From positions 1 through 61,175 of the IMG/VR virus record IMGVR_UViG_3300027892_000030: a stretch of DNA of 61,175 nt. One strand, given 5' to 3'. Position 1 is the stretch's first letter, and the number at the start of each line of letters is the position of its first letter. This document shows, one piece after another, positions 28,301-37,769 of this stretch. The stretch comes from a virus. Taxonomy: Duplodnaviria > Caudoviricetes. The notes beneath the pieces were generated by a model. It did no database searches, was not told the origin of the DNA, and was given only the letters and a program-made list of their open reading frames with translations. Made by a program: the position numbers and the translations under genes.

Positions 28301-30042
28301 ATCCAATCATCAAAAAAGTTTGGTTCATCAGACACTCTAAATTTAGATTCAAGACCAGCTGTAGAATCTTCCCAATTCTGTCTTGTTTGATTTTCAGAAT
28401 CAAAAAATCCAAGTCCTTTATTTAATGGATTAGCATCTGCTTTCTCACGCACTGCTCTTCTTTCTGCAGCTACAGCTTTATTATAAGCTTCTTCTTCAGC
28501 AGCTATTTCTGCTTTAGTTTTATTTCTTACATTAAGTTCATTTAGATCTGTAGTGATTAATTTCTTTGGAGTTGGAATAGCATCATTAGCTACTTTGTTA
28601 GTCTCACGTAAATTAATCTTATAATCTTTTTTTACTTTTTTCTTTTTACCTAGTGCTTCCTTTATACGTTTCTGAGCTTCTGTAAAATTAAAAGAAGAAG
28701 TATTGTTGTTCATAAATTTTTTACCAGGTTGTAATACACGCATTCCATTCTGTGCACTAGCCATTGTTTTCTTTGCATATGGACCTTCTGAAGGAGCAGG
28801 ATCATTTGTACGTGCATATGTAAATCCTGGAGTTCCTGGAATAGAACCACCCATTGCAAATTGCTCTTGAGGAAACATTATGTTTTCTTTTCTTTCAACT
28901 GCTGGATGTCTAACTGTTTTTTCCCACTCTTCTGCTTCTTGCCATGTTTTAAATGGACCACCTAAATGTTCTTTAGTTTTTCTAAATTCAGCAATAGGAT
29001 CTGCTAATGGTTTACCATATTTAAAACTAGGAATTAAATAAGCTGGTTCTCCATTCTCTCCACCTATAGACATAGCTCTTTCACTACTAGGAGTATTATA
29101 AGGAATAACATATCCTTCTGGTAACTTATCACTAGTAGGTTGTAAGAAAGTTAATTTACCATTCTGTGCTTGAGGAACATAGTTAACTGGATAAACAGAA
29201 CCACCACCTTGAAAATTACTTAATAACCACTGATTTGCTTTTTTTGCTGTATTAAATACTCCATCTTCAACTACTTCTTTTGCTGTTCTTATTAAAGCTT
29301 GTTTCCATAAAGGATTAGCTTTCATTCCAAAATCAAATGGTATTAATAAAGAAGCAGCATCTAACGATGAGTTAAGTAAATCTAAATCTTCATCATTTTT
29401 TGTAGCTCTTGATTTATACTTATCAAGATCTTTTGGATTAGCAGCATTATAAATACCATAAGCAACATGAGCAGGTGCAGTAAAAACTTGTCTAATTGTT
29501 TTTGCTATAGGATTAGTAGCAGTCTCTTGATCATCCTTCATTTCTAAATATGATTTAGTAATTGGATCTTTATCTTGTTGCTGTCTTATTTTAAAATTAA
29601 AATACTTAGTTCTAGTTTCATAATCTTTAGCAGATTCACCTTTAAGTCTTTCTGGATTATTAGCTAGTTCATATTTATGTAGATTAACATTGTATGATTT
29701 TAATGCTGCATTATATTCACCCTTTGTTTTGTAATCTTTTTGTGATGGTTTTGTTGGACCACCATTCTGAAATTGTCCACCCCATGCAGGAGAATAGTTT
29801 CTTCCTTTCATAGAATATCCTTCTCCTTCATATCCTTCAGAAACAGATGTTTCTGAATCATTATAGTTCTCTTGGTGTTCTTGCATTGTTCCACCATCAG
29901 CATATTGATCTAGCCAACCACCATTCTTCATGTTGTTAGAATTATCTCTACCACACTCATGGCATATGTACATATCCTTCTTACTAGAATCAGATTTGTT
30001 CCAACTCCATCCACATGTGCATTTTACTTTACCACTACTCAT
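25348..30042 (-). CDS. Modular putative cargo protein with N-terminal Zn-ribbon, 1564 aa
   Basis: N-terminal CxC...CxxC (CTCGWSW...CHECG), segments bounded by xxGG motifs, GGWLDQY and GGWLNKY at the two ends. Start overlaps the upstream stop. Confidence 0.55.
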   Translation of the reverse strand: MSSGKVKCTCGWSWNKSDSSKKDMYICHECGRDNSNNMKNGGWLDQYADGGTMQEHQENYNDSETSVSEGYEGEGYSMKGRNYSPAWGGQFQNGGPTKPSQKDYKTKGEYNAALKSYNVNLHKYELANNPERLKGESAKDYETRTKYFNFKIRQQQDKDPITKSYLEMKDDQETATNPIAKTIRQVFTAPAHVAYGIYNAANPKDLDKYKSRATKNDEDLDLLNSSLDAASLLIPFDFGMKANPLWKQALIRTAKEVVEDGVFNTAKKANQWLLSNFQGGGSVYPVNYVPQAQNGKLTFLQPTSDKLPEGYVIPYNTPSSERAMSIGGENGEPAYLIPSFKYGKPLADPIAEFRKTKEHLGGPFKTWQEAEEWEKTVRHPAVERKENIMFPQEQFAMGGSIPGTPGFTYARTNDPAPSEGPYAKKTMASAQNGMRVLQPGKKFMNNNTSSFNFTEAQKRIKEALGKKKKVKKDYKINLRETNKVANDAIPTPKKLITTDLNELNVRNKTKAEIAAEEEAYNKAVAAERRAVREKADANPLNKGLGFFDSENQTRQNWEDSTAGLESKFRVSDEPNFFDDWINPLNMIGGMASDLGAAPNQIVQQDSMMPLITAVGVPLLTGGLEGLGAKSNKQFVNNLINPFNTIPGYHSVEKAVGKKLGMKDGGVIKDDRGQWDYPGQVTEIDQSEPGSYIDMGPDPKTGKPITQNVLAISDTGDVKLMMPGGKYKLKGTKVTEYPIAQEGKNIKLKNEEGKVETINTASPEYAKIYKEGQIQVPNAGENNIPMFGGELEEIVVKGKSTPLSKARAEYDKKNGREAFINQKKDEYIKGLGESNWFGIDRTNFPETVLRDINANYDYDRNTNALEKIAKQRGFDLNKRDNWIYNLTPNEREALINSEYSSQLNPNEFSEGLSGLQQIGNTLLPGNPLNFPIAGLTPQEEEEDRNSKISALKVFAPLNMPGNAAANYLKNTNISSYGDFRETPTLGMQRMGNVSPWEAMAFNPLTYQALPALSNIAAKTIVGAKNLPQNISKLSKIAPKVKQFGKDVAGNIGDTYDRLKYLQNVKTDKNGELTELIKGIDDAIYYSASDNNSQIFRIQDAGDLRSSLNSIMYNYEVQLEKIMGPTAAREQITKINDHIMNSPLGKRLDDIVNGIGPKPTTEEFQSLAKAYANSLPEGKAWVKSIKDNLTKAQKLSIYNKKKDLDILKEFKKSFGKKELPKQPDIYTPQEQETIAAIRELGKYKNVMYWNPSKLLSDPQALVNINKQILKLDDTVVYRLLGVTKQELLQKYKNVVPDLNKTKIDITTNPINVNDLTEIESLAPSINEIKTAAPQGRESLVRKIGRSYAENFGEDSSRGVINYSDPQTAPEGLINSAGTNYDYVKVFDKSGNPVLDVNGQIIEELQSLGKTREQLIKAVRKVEASPKGSNFIGSGSITSPMSLSTDSLPLTLDAGAMMVKKGLIEVNIKSGTNNLNSLGYTTGTPKLAIKDINSKIEELEKLSGKTLPRAKYNPATQQYEVPRIYFTRLKQGGNIRQEQKGLENLDQLTNFTNYNKPQPGGWLNKYN

Positions 30043-30908
30043 TACTTATAAGATATTTGACTTGGTGCAATAATGAATTGACTAACCAAGTGAGTTGTTG
30101 ATGTATTATCTAATATATGTCTCACCTTAAGATCTTTTGCTCTTATGGTTGCTTTCTTGAAACTTCTAAGTCCATAGTCCATATTAACTTGGTTAATCAC
30201 TTTATCAATAGATAAGCTTTCACAAGTTGTATTGAATAATGGAATCTGAGAACTCTTCTCTAAAGCCCAGAATGTATTATACTGATAGAAGTTATCACTC
30301 TTAGTATATGTGATTGTTTTACTATCTGTATTAAAAATAGGATATTGATTATAAGCTTGTAAGTTGTGAAGAGGTTTAGCTACAAGCTGTAGTATTCCAG
30401 AACTCTGTTGTCCATTGTATACAATAGCTTTATTAAACCATTTATCATTTGTTTCTATTCTTGTATTTGTACTAAATACACCATCAGGTATACTTAGGTA
30501 TTCATATGCTTTAGTATAATCCACTACGTTCTGTAATAGCTCATCTTGGAATCTATATGCAAAAGGATACTCAATAATATATGGTTCTATACTTCCATAG
30601 AATTTATTATAGTTTTGTACATTAAGTCCATGTTCCCATGTACATCCTGTTTTAATTTGTACTAGAGTTATGTTTGTAAAATCTGATACAGTTATATCTT
30701 CAACACTAACACTCCTCTCTGCTTTACACTTGCCAGTAGATTTAATAGTAACGATTGAAACATCATCATCTACAACATAACTAATTCCTCTCACAAGATC
30801 TCTTCTAGATACATTCTCAGCTATTATATTTCCGAATTGGTCATAGATAGTGAATGGTCCTACAATAGGTCCTGATTCTTTTAATTTTATGGCTATAGTC
30901 TTTGACAT
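30042..30908 (-). CDS. Probable C-terminal part of tail stabilisation/muzzle protein, fused to a ~70-aa module shared with the 165-aa and 271-aa genes
   Basis: 288 aa. WEH...YNKFYG...NKAIVYN...IRAKDLKV resembles the C-terminal region of crAss-like stabilisation proteins. The N-terminus aligns by eye with genes at 39885-41219. Confidence 0.55.
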   Translation of the reverse strand: MSKTIAIKLKESGPIVGPFTIYDQFGNIIAENVSRRDLVRGISYVVDDDVSIVTIKSTGKCKAERSVSVEDITVSDFTNITLVQIKTGCTWEHGLNVQNYNKFYGSIEPYIIEYPFAYRFQDELLQNVVDYTKAYEYLSIPDGVFSTNTRIETNDKWFNKAIVYNGQQSSGILQLVAKPLHNLQAYNQYPIFNTDSKTITYTKSDNFYQYNTFWALEKSSQIPLFNTTCESLSIDKVINQVNMDYGLRSFKKATIRAKDLKVRHILDNTSTTHLVSQFIIAPSQISYK

Positions 30909-30909
30909 A

Positions 30910-33900
30910 TTAACAAGGTCCGTTATTAGTTAGTGTTATACATTCTGATGTATTTATACAAATTCTTCCACAGAAAGTTACATCTGAAGGTCCTCCTCCT
31001 ACAAGTCCAACGTTTACACTTGCTTCTGCTCCTGTACAATCTGTATAAGTTACTGCCACTACACCCACTGATGTTTTAAAAGCAGTGTATGAATTACAAG
31101 GAACTGTAGTGCTAGTAGTTGTAGTGATAGAAAAACATTCTCCTATATTAATAATTATTCCATCTACCACTTCATAAACTATTCCACTAGCTGAACTCTC
31201 ATCTGTGAAATACCAACCATCAGGAATCACTGAACAATCTGTTTCATAATTAGGACCTGCATAAATTATAGATCCAAGGGTCAGGAATTCATAACTTCCA
31301 ACTATAGTGTTCACTACAGTGTTTGGTGGAATAGTATTTAAATAAGTCATTGCATTACAAGCATTTATTTGACTACCTGTTGAATCAACTACTATGTTAA
31401 GGTCTGTTAATCTATATCCAATAGCAAACTCAACTTGATTTAGATTCTCAGGTCTTGTACAAGGTGGAGGAGCTGGAGGAGTTATAAGTTCAGCATTTCC
31501 TTCTAATGTACAATCAGTTATAACTATCACTCCTTCAATTTCACATTGTTTACTAAAGTTACCTGTAGTGGAGGTTGTGGTAGTTAAAGGTGCTACAGAT
31601 GTTGTAGATGTAGTAGTAGGAGGATCTGGAACTATTGGTCCAGCAATAAAATCAAAATCATCACAACATCCATTGATTCCTGAATAGAAGAAATTGTTTT
31701 CACCCATATAGAAATTAGGAAGATAACTATGGAAAGAGATCCAGCTTTGTGTATTGAAGTTGTATGATGCTGTCCAAGATTTATTACAGAAGTATTCTGT
31801 ATCAGTTAAGTTTACAACTGTTCTAAGTGGAGCACTTCCAACAATAGGTTCTTCTATATAAAATTCTTTTGTTACATAATCATACTTAACATCAGTAGTT
31901 AAAGGAATATAGTCAAGTTTAGTTATAATGATTCTTTCATATCTATTATCATATACACCATGTAATCCCACACCATTGAAATTATTATCTGTATCAACTC
32001 CTGGAATAACAACTGACTTACCATTTACTACAATAGTTTTACTTGGAAAATATTGTAATATCTCAAATGATAAATGGTTTGTAAAGAAGTTATTCATTCC
32101 TGAAGAAAACGATGTAAGATCTTTAGCTCCTTCAGATGTAAGTAAAAATATTTGTCCTCTCTTAGCATCCACTGTTACTTGTCCTTGTGGAATCTTTAAT
32201 AAGAACTTATTCTGACTTCCTACATATCCAAGATCTGTTTCAGCAAAATCAACAGGAGGAGCACTTCTAAATAAAGAAGGATTACCTAAATAGGCAGCCT
32301 GTGGATTACTTGTATCAATTGTAAGTAATGTATTATACAATAAAGATTTGTTTTCAAATCTAGCTAGAATAGCTTTGTTTTGAATACCATCTAATGATGT
32401 AAGGTTTCCATAATTTTGAGGAAAGTCAAAATAAGAAATTGATCTATATGTTAACCAACTATTTATTCTATTATCAGAATCTATGTTCTGAGAATCTGAA
32501 TAGATTGTTCTAAACGGATAGTATGTAAAACAGAAGTCTCTTGTCCAGTCAGCTGGTAAATGTGTAAATACATTTTCTTTATTCTGTTTTGAATATGTTA
32601 CATTGTAACTGTATGTATTATCAAATGCAATAGATACATAGGTTTCTTGTACCCAATCATCAGGAATACTTGTACTTACATGTGGCCAGAAATCACCTTC
32701 TCTATTATTGAATGCTTGTCTAAGATCTGTATTGTAAGAACTCTCACAATAGAAGTTAGGAATTCCATATGCAAACAAATAGAAGTATCCATTATAGAAA
32801 GTTCTATCAGGATTATCTTGTGCAGGGTAATTAGGAGCTGGTCCTGTTGGTCCAGGTATTTGACTATTAGGACAATCAAAGTTAGTTGCTTTATATGAAA
32901 TAATACTTGATAGAGTTCCTATAGTTGGTACTGTATAATCTGCAAGAATAGATCTAGCAGAATGCCAATATATTGGATAGGCTATATTACCAATCTCATC
33001 ATAGAATATATCGCTATCATCAGGAGCATTAACTCTGTTATCAATAAAGAATGGAAGTTTTGTTTTAAATGCAAATCTAGAAATGAATGTATCTCCACCA
33101 AACACTACATCATTTCCTGATGTTGTTGAATTGATAGGTGATTGATATCCTGTATCCACTGTAGTGTATGTGTATATTTGTCCCCATTGATTTGGAACTA
33201 TATTCTTTAATGAAGCATAATAAGATACAACAGTGATATCTTGTTCTCTTGCAGGAGTTGCACATGCATTACTTCCACCAATAGTTATTCTAGATTTCTC
33301 TGTAACAATAGATGTTCCTCCTACAATCATACTAGGACTATTACTTGGTAATGGTAATGGTGCAACTGGTGTAACACCATCTTCTCTAAGCTCTATTGTT
33401 TTTAAATAAACAGATGATTCTCTTCTATAGTTATTGACAGGAGCATTTTTAACAACTCCATTAACTGTAATTGTATCACCAACTGATTGAACACCAGGAA
33501 TAAGATATCTGTATATCTCAAGCATTCTTTGTTTGATACCTTGTACACCATTAACTGTAATGTTATTACCTATACCTGCACTATAATTATAATCAGCTAT
33601 TGAGTTATATGAATAAGCAAAGTTTCTTCTTGTAATACCATTGATATAAATAGTTAAATAAGATTGGTATACAGTGAACATTGCTGATGCACTAAATCCA
33701 TATCCTGAAGCTCCTACTACTTGTGAACTAACTAGAGCATCTACTTGAGCTTCTTTTGTAAGAAGTTTATATTTAGCATTACTTCTCACTTCAACAAAGT
33801 GACCAAGTCCTTTACCAAACATTACATTCTCAAGTTTTAATACATTACCTAAGAACGGTTGTCCAAACGATGTTTCAGGAGAATTGAATACTTGTCTGTA

Positions 33901-36303
33901 TGCTAGCTCTGGTTTAGAAGATATAGGTTTTTGAGGAACTTCCACTGTACATGCAGGTGTTCTAACTTGACTATCAAGAACAAAATATTCATTTCCTGCA
34001 GCACTTCCTCCTGATATATTAACAGGAGTAGTTCCTTCTAAACAATTTAAAAGATAACTTTCTCCACCAAAAATTCCTCCAGCTACCCAATCTGTTTGAT
34101 ATCCTGCTACTGGATCTGTCCATGCCACTGTATATCCAGCTTTTCCAATTCCAAAATCATTAAAACCAACAGAAACAAACCATACATCATAATTAGCTGG
34201 TCCTACATTCACCTTTGTTCCAGGAACAGGTTCTTCACGTTCTGCTCGTACAGTACGCATTCTATTGAATGGTCCTCCTCCTTGTGGTATAGGTCTACTA
34301 ATAGAACATAATACTTGTCTACCTAATGTAGTGTATTTTTTCTTATCAAGTTTATTATTATTACAATTGGTATATTCAACCTCTGCATAAGTAGGTGTAC
34401 CTGTTAGAGGCAAGTTGAATTGTAATACATCAATGTTCCATGGTTGACATAACTCAACCCAAGCATTGTTTGTTTCATTTATGAATGGATCATTATCAGG
34501 ACCCACTTCATTATATGGATAGTTTGGATAGTAATAGTATTGTTCTTCTCTTTCATAAGAGTTAACATTACGAAGAATCCCTTTAGCTACAATAGATTTA
34601 TTTGTACCTCTATTACCTCTAATGATTTTAAATGCTGCTATCTCACTTTTCTCATCATCAGTTAGATTAGAATTGTAAATAAGATTTGATATCTGTCCTT
34701 TATCTATTTTAAGACCAATAGGAAATACAGCATCATTCCCCATCACCATTGATGTAGAACTTGCAAATATTTTTGATTCATTTACAGGAGAAACTAATGC
34801 ATCTGGAAATTTATGATGTCTAATAGGTTTACCAGCAAGATCACCCCACACATCTTGGTTACAAGGATACTCTTCAATAGATTCCCAATAAGCCATTTGA
34901 CCATATTGCCATGGTCCTTTATAATTAGGTTCTCTAGAATAACCTGGAACAAATCCAGTTACCGATGCTGTGTTATATATTTTCCAATAAGGACTATAGT
35001 TTGTACCTGGTTCAGGATAACCTATAAAGTCATTACTTGTAATAGGAATGTTTGGTTGAGACCACTCATTCCAGTTTTGTACTCTTCCAGGAATATGGAA
35101 ACCATCTGTTTGTTTTCCATTCTTTAATAGAAAGACTATTTCAAATGCATACACCTCATCACGTAGATACCCACGTAAGTTTGTAGCATTAATTTCATCA
35201 GCATAGTTTTCATTAGCAGGTAGTCTATATGTTTCCCATTCAACAGTTATTTGATTAGCTATTGATTGATAGTTAAGTCTACTGATAGATGTAAGATTAT
35301 CCCATACAAGTATATCTTGTACAGATGTAAGATCTTGAGCTATTTCATAATAAGGAAACTTCTCAAATATATCATTGATAGCTAATTGTATTGGAGATTG
35401 ATCACTTCCAGTATATGTAACTTGATCTGTAGGTTCTTCAATAAAATATGTACCTACTAACTCAACAGATGAACCATTGTTAATTGTTTTAATTACAGCT
35501 AAGTTGTAGTATTGAAACTGTCCTGTAATATCAAGATCTGTTATGTTTACAATAATAGATTTATTAACATTAGTATTAAAATTAACTGTTGTTAATTGCT
35601 CATCCATTATAGGTGTAGGATTGGTAACTGAGTAATACGATGTATAACCATTACCTGAAGCATCACAATACTGTATAGCAAACTGATAAGTTCCTGATAT
35701 AAGTTCTCCTCCATTTCTCACTTCATGAATTTTAAGTTGAGGAATAGTGAAATTAGGTTGTATTTTAATTTGATTACAATCTAATTGATCTGTATATACA
35801 GGATCACAAAGATTTGTACCAGATTGTAATAGGTAAGGAATATCATTTATATCTAAATATCTTCTTGGATTTAATCCATCTGTCCAATATATTTCTATAG
35901 TACAATTAGTTATCTTGTGTACCACTTTATGTATTGGATGGTTTAAATTAAAATTTAAACATGGAGCACTAACTAATGTATGATAGATACAATCATTATT
36001 ATCCATATATCCTATCTCTGATCCACCATCTATTGGATTGTGAAGGAAGTATATATGTTTGCTTTTTTCATTAATGAAATGAGTCCCAATTAATAAATAA
36101 GACTTTGGAAATGTAACACACAGATCATTACCTAATTCATTCTGATAGTTAACTATGTTACCATCAAAATTTTCAACATTTGCATTTAATGCATAGGTTA
36201 GTGAACCTTGTTTAACTTGATTGATAGAACTATCTAAGTTTAATCCAGTGGTTGCACTATTTAAATTTGGAGTTATATTACTCTTTGATTGTTCTTCAGC
36301 CAT
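30910..36303 (-). CDS. Tail stabilisation / muzzle protein (crAss-like) with C-terminal Ser/Thr-linked Cys modules
   Basis: 1797 aa, beta-rich. Motifs GLNLD, YALNA, YWTDGLNPRR, YLRDEVYAFEIVF, GGDTFISRF, SWISFHSYLP. Follows ring/IHF/ring genes as in crAss-like gene order. Confidence 0.75.
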   Translation of the reverse strand: MAEEQSKSNITPNLNSATTGLNLDSSINQVKQGSLTYALNANVENFDGNIVNYQNELGNDLCVTFPKSYLLIGTHFINEKSKHIYFLHNPIDGGSEIGYMDNNDCIYHTLVSAPCLNFNLNHPIHKVVHKITNCTIEIYWTDGLNPRRYLDINDIPYLLQSGTNLCDPVYTDQLDCNQIKIQPNFTIPQLKIHEVRNGGELISGTYQFAIQYCDASGNGYTSYYSVTNPTPIMDEQLTTVNFNTNVNKSIIVNITDLDITGQFQYYNLAVIKTINNGSSVELVGTYFIEEPTDQVTYTGSDQSPIQLAINDIFEKFPYYEIAQDLTSVQDILVWDNLTSISRLNYQSIANQITVEWETYRLPANENYADEINATNLRGYLRDEVYAFEIVFLLKNGKQTDGFHIPGRVQNWNEWSQPNIPITSNDFIGYPEPGTNYSPYWKIYNTASVTGFVPGYSREPNYKGPWQYGQMAYWESIEEYPCNQDVWGDLAGKPIRHHKFPDALVSPVNESKIFASSTSMVMGNDAVFPIGLKIDKGQISNLIYNSNLTDDEKSEIAAFKIIRGNRGTNKSIVAKGILRNVNSYEREEQYYYYPNYPYNEVGPDNDPFINETNNAWVELCQPWNIDVLQFNLPLTGTPTYAEVEYTNCNNNKLDKKKYTTLGRQVLCSISRPIPQGGGPFNRMRTVRAEREEPVPGTKVNVGPANYDVWFVSVGFNDFGIGKAGYTVAWTDPVAGYQTDWVAGGIFGGESYLLNCLEGTTPVNISGGSAAGNEYFVLDSQVRTPACTVEVPQKPISSKPELAYRQVFNSPETSFGQPFLGNVLKLENVMFGKGLGHFVEVRSNAKYKLLTKEAQVDALVSSQVVGASGYGFSASAMFTVYQSYLTIYINGITRRNFAYSYNSIADYNYSAGIGNNITVNGVQGIKQRMLEIYRYLIPGVQSVGDTITVNGVVKNAPVNNYRRESSVYLKTIELREDGVTPVAPLPLPSNSPSMIVGGTSIVTEKSRITIGGSNACATPAREQDITVVSYYASLKNIVPNQWGQIYTYTTVDTGYQSPINSTTSGNDVVFGGDTFISRFAFKTKLPFFIDNRVNAPDDSDIFYDEIGNIAYPIYWHSARSILADYTVPTIGTLSSIISYKATNFDCPNSQIPGPTGPAPNYPAQDNPDRTFYNGYFYLFAYGIPNFYCESSYNTDLRQAFNNREGDFWPHVSTSIPDDWVQETYVSIAFDNTYSYNVTYSKQNKENVFTHLPADWTRDFCFTYYPFRTIYSDSQNIDSDNRINSWLTYRSISYFDFPQNYGNLTSLDGIQNKAILARFENKSLLYNTLLTIDTSNPQAAYLGNPSLFRSAPPVDFAETDLGYVGSQNKFLLKIPQGQVTVDAKRGQIFLLTSEGAKDLTSFSSGMNNFFTNHLSFEILQYFPSKTIVVNGKSVVIPGVDTDNNFNGVGLHGVYDNRYERIIITKLDYIPLTTDVKYDYVTKEFYIEEPIVGSAPLRTVVNLTDTEYFCNKSWTASYNFNTQSWISFHSYLPNFYMGENNFFYSGINGCCDDFDFIAGPIVPDPPTTTSTTSVAPLTTTTSTTGNFSKQCEIEGVIVITDCTLEGNAELITPPAPPPCTRPENLNQVEFAIGYRLTDLNIVVDSTGSQINACNAMTYLNTIPPNTVVNTIVGSYEFLTLGSIIYAGPNYETDCSVIPDGWYFTDESSASGIVYEVVDGIIINIGECFSITTTTSTTVPCNSYTAFKTSVGVVAVTYTDCTGAEASVNVGLVGGGPSDVTFCGRICINTSECITLTNNGPC

Positions 36304-36308
36304 GAGTA

Positions 36309-37283
36309 TTAATTATTACGTCTTCTACCATATCTATTAGTACGGTTAGGAAGCTCATACATATTAAATCTTTTAAGATCATTTTTGATCCTTCTTTGTT
36401 TCTCCCAAGGAGTTTGTTTCTTCATTTCAATCTCAGCCATGATATAAGCTTCTTCATAAGCTTGTTTATGATAGACTAACTTCTGTTGTAACTGATTGAA
36501 AGTTTCATCATTAGTTTGGTTAGTCAATGTTTCAAATATCTTAAACTTAAGGAATGCTTCTACGTACTCTCTAATACGATAGTTATCAGGAATCATTTGA
36601 TTTCCTATCTCATCATACTCTGTAGCATAGAATAATAAATGTACAGTACCATTTCTGAAGTTGGTTACAAACTTATTATCTCTAATGTCAAAACTATCAT
36701 AGCTAGCAGAACCAGGAGTGAATTCATGAATAGGAGGAGCTTCTGCATAGAAGTCCCAGTTGTTAGTGTATTCCACTCCACAGTTTTGTCTTGCAGATAT
36801 GTTTCCAGGCTTAAGTAAATACTCATGAGTAAATCCTCTAGCCACAGTGTTGTTTGTTTTATATACAGCTTGAACTAATACAGGCATACATGTACCATCA
36901 CATTGTGGAACTTGACAACCAGGTCTATTACAAGGAGTTCCTCCAATAGTTAATGGAGCCACTTGAATAGTAGTTGCACTAGCTGCTTGTGAATAGAATG
37001 AGTTAGCTGATTGATATGGATATCCTGCCACTTCTGTACACATCCAAGCTTCTCTTACAGCATAGAAGTTGTCAGGAAGTCTTGCTTGGAAATCTTCTAT
37101 AAATAAGACTTCTTCACTTATTACAAATGTGGTTCTTCCTAGCTTCTTAAGACACTTGTCTAAGTAGGTAGGAAATAAAAGATCGTCCACTGCACCAGTA
37201 TCAAAATAGCTTTTAAGCTCTTCTTTAACTGTTGAGTAGACAGGCTCTGGGGATACGAAATTATATTTATAGTAGTATGACAT
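36309..37283 (-). CDS. Tail ring / tubular protein (P22 gp4-like, crAss ring protein)
   Basis: 324 aa directly upstream of the muzzle gene. Motifs ARLPDNF, FVTNFRNGTVHLLFYA, MIPDN. Synteny. Confidence 0.6.
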   Translation of the reverse strand: MSYYYKYNFVSPEPVYSTVKEELKSYFDTGAVDDLLFPTYLDKCLKKLGRTTFVISEEVLFIEDFQARLPDNFYAVREAWMCTEVAGYPYQSANSFYSQAASATTIQVAPLTIGGTPCNRPGCQVPQCDGTCMPVLVQAVYKTNNTVARGFTHEYLLKPGNISARQNCGVEYTNNWDFYAEAPPIHEFTPGSASYDSFDIRDNKFVTNFRNGTVHLLFYATEYDEIGNQMIPDNYRIREYVEAFLKFKIFETLTNQTNDETFNQLQQKLVYHKQAYEEAYIMAEIEMKKQTPWEKQRRIKNDLKRFNMYELPNRTNRYGRRRNN

Positions 37284-37289
37284 AGTTCA

Positions 37290-37769
37290 TTATTTTTTCC
37301 ATTCTTGGTAAATATTTTGGTACTTGTCGTTGGTCTTTAAGTAATGTGATAGAAGTCTTGAAGTGAGTCTAGAAGGTTTGAAATACCATAGGTCAGAGTT
37401 TTTGAAACGTGAAGTTTGCTTAAACCACATCCAACCAAAAAAATAACCTTCCGTATGATAATTAAAGTTATATATAACCTTTCCTTTCTCTTTAGTCTTT
37501 TGCCAATCAATTGGTAAGTTAACAAACTCTTTACCATCTACATTGTTTTTTAGCCTTCTTCTTTTCTTTTTATTGATTGAGAACTCTCCAAATCCAAAAG
37601 GTAGTTTTACTCTCTCACCTGTTTCTAATATATATTCTTTAAAAGATTCATTGTAGGTATATAATATATTTCTCCATTCATCATAAGTAAGTTTAATATC
37701 TGAATGTTTTTTGCAGAAATTATTATAACTGTCCTTACTAGAACTTCTCCAATCAATCTTTGTTCTCAT
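37290..37769 (-). CDS. IHF/HU-like DNA-binding protein of the crAss tail module
   Basis: 159 aa, basic. GERVKLPFGFGEFSI HU/IHF-like motif and IDWQKTK. Sits between two ring genes as in crAss-like phages. Confidence 0.7.
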   Translation of the reverse strand: MRTKIDWRSSSKDSYNNFCKKHSDIKLTYDEWRNILYTYNESFKEYILETGERVKLPFGFGEFSINKKKRRRLKNNVDGKEFVNLPIDWQKTKEKGKVIYNFNYHTEGYFFGWMWFKQTSRFKNSDLWYFKPSRLTSRLLSHYLKTNDKYQNIYQEWKK

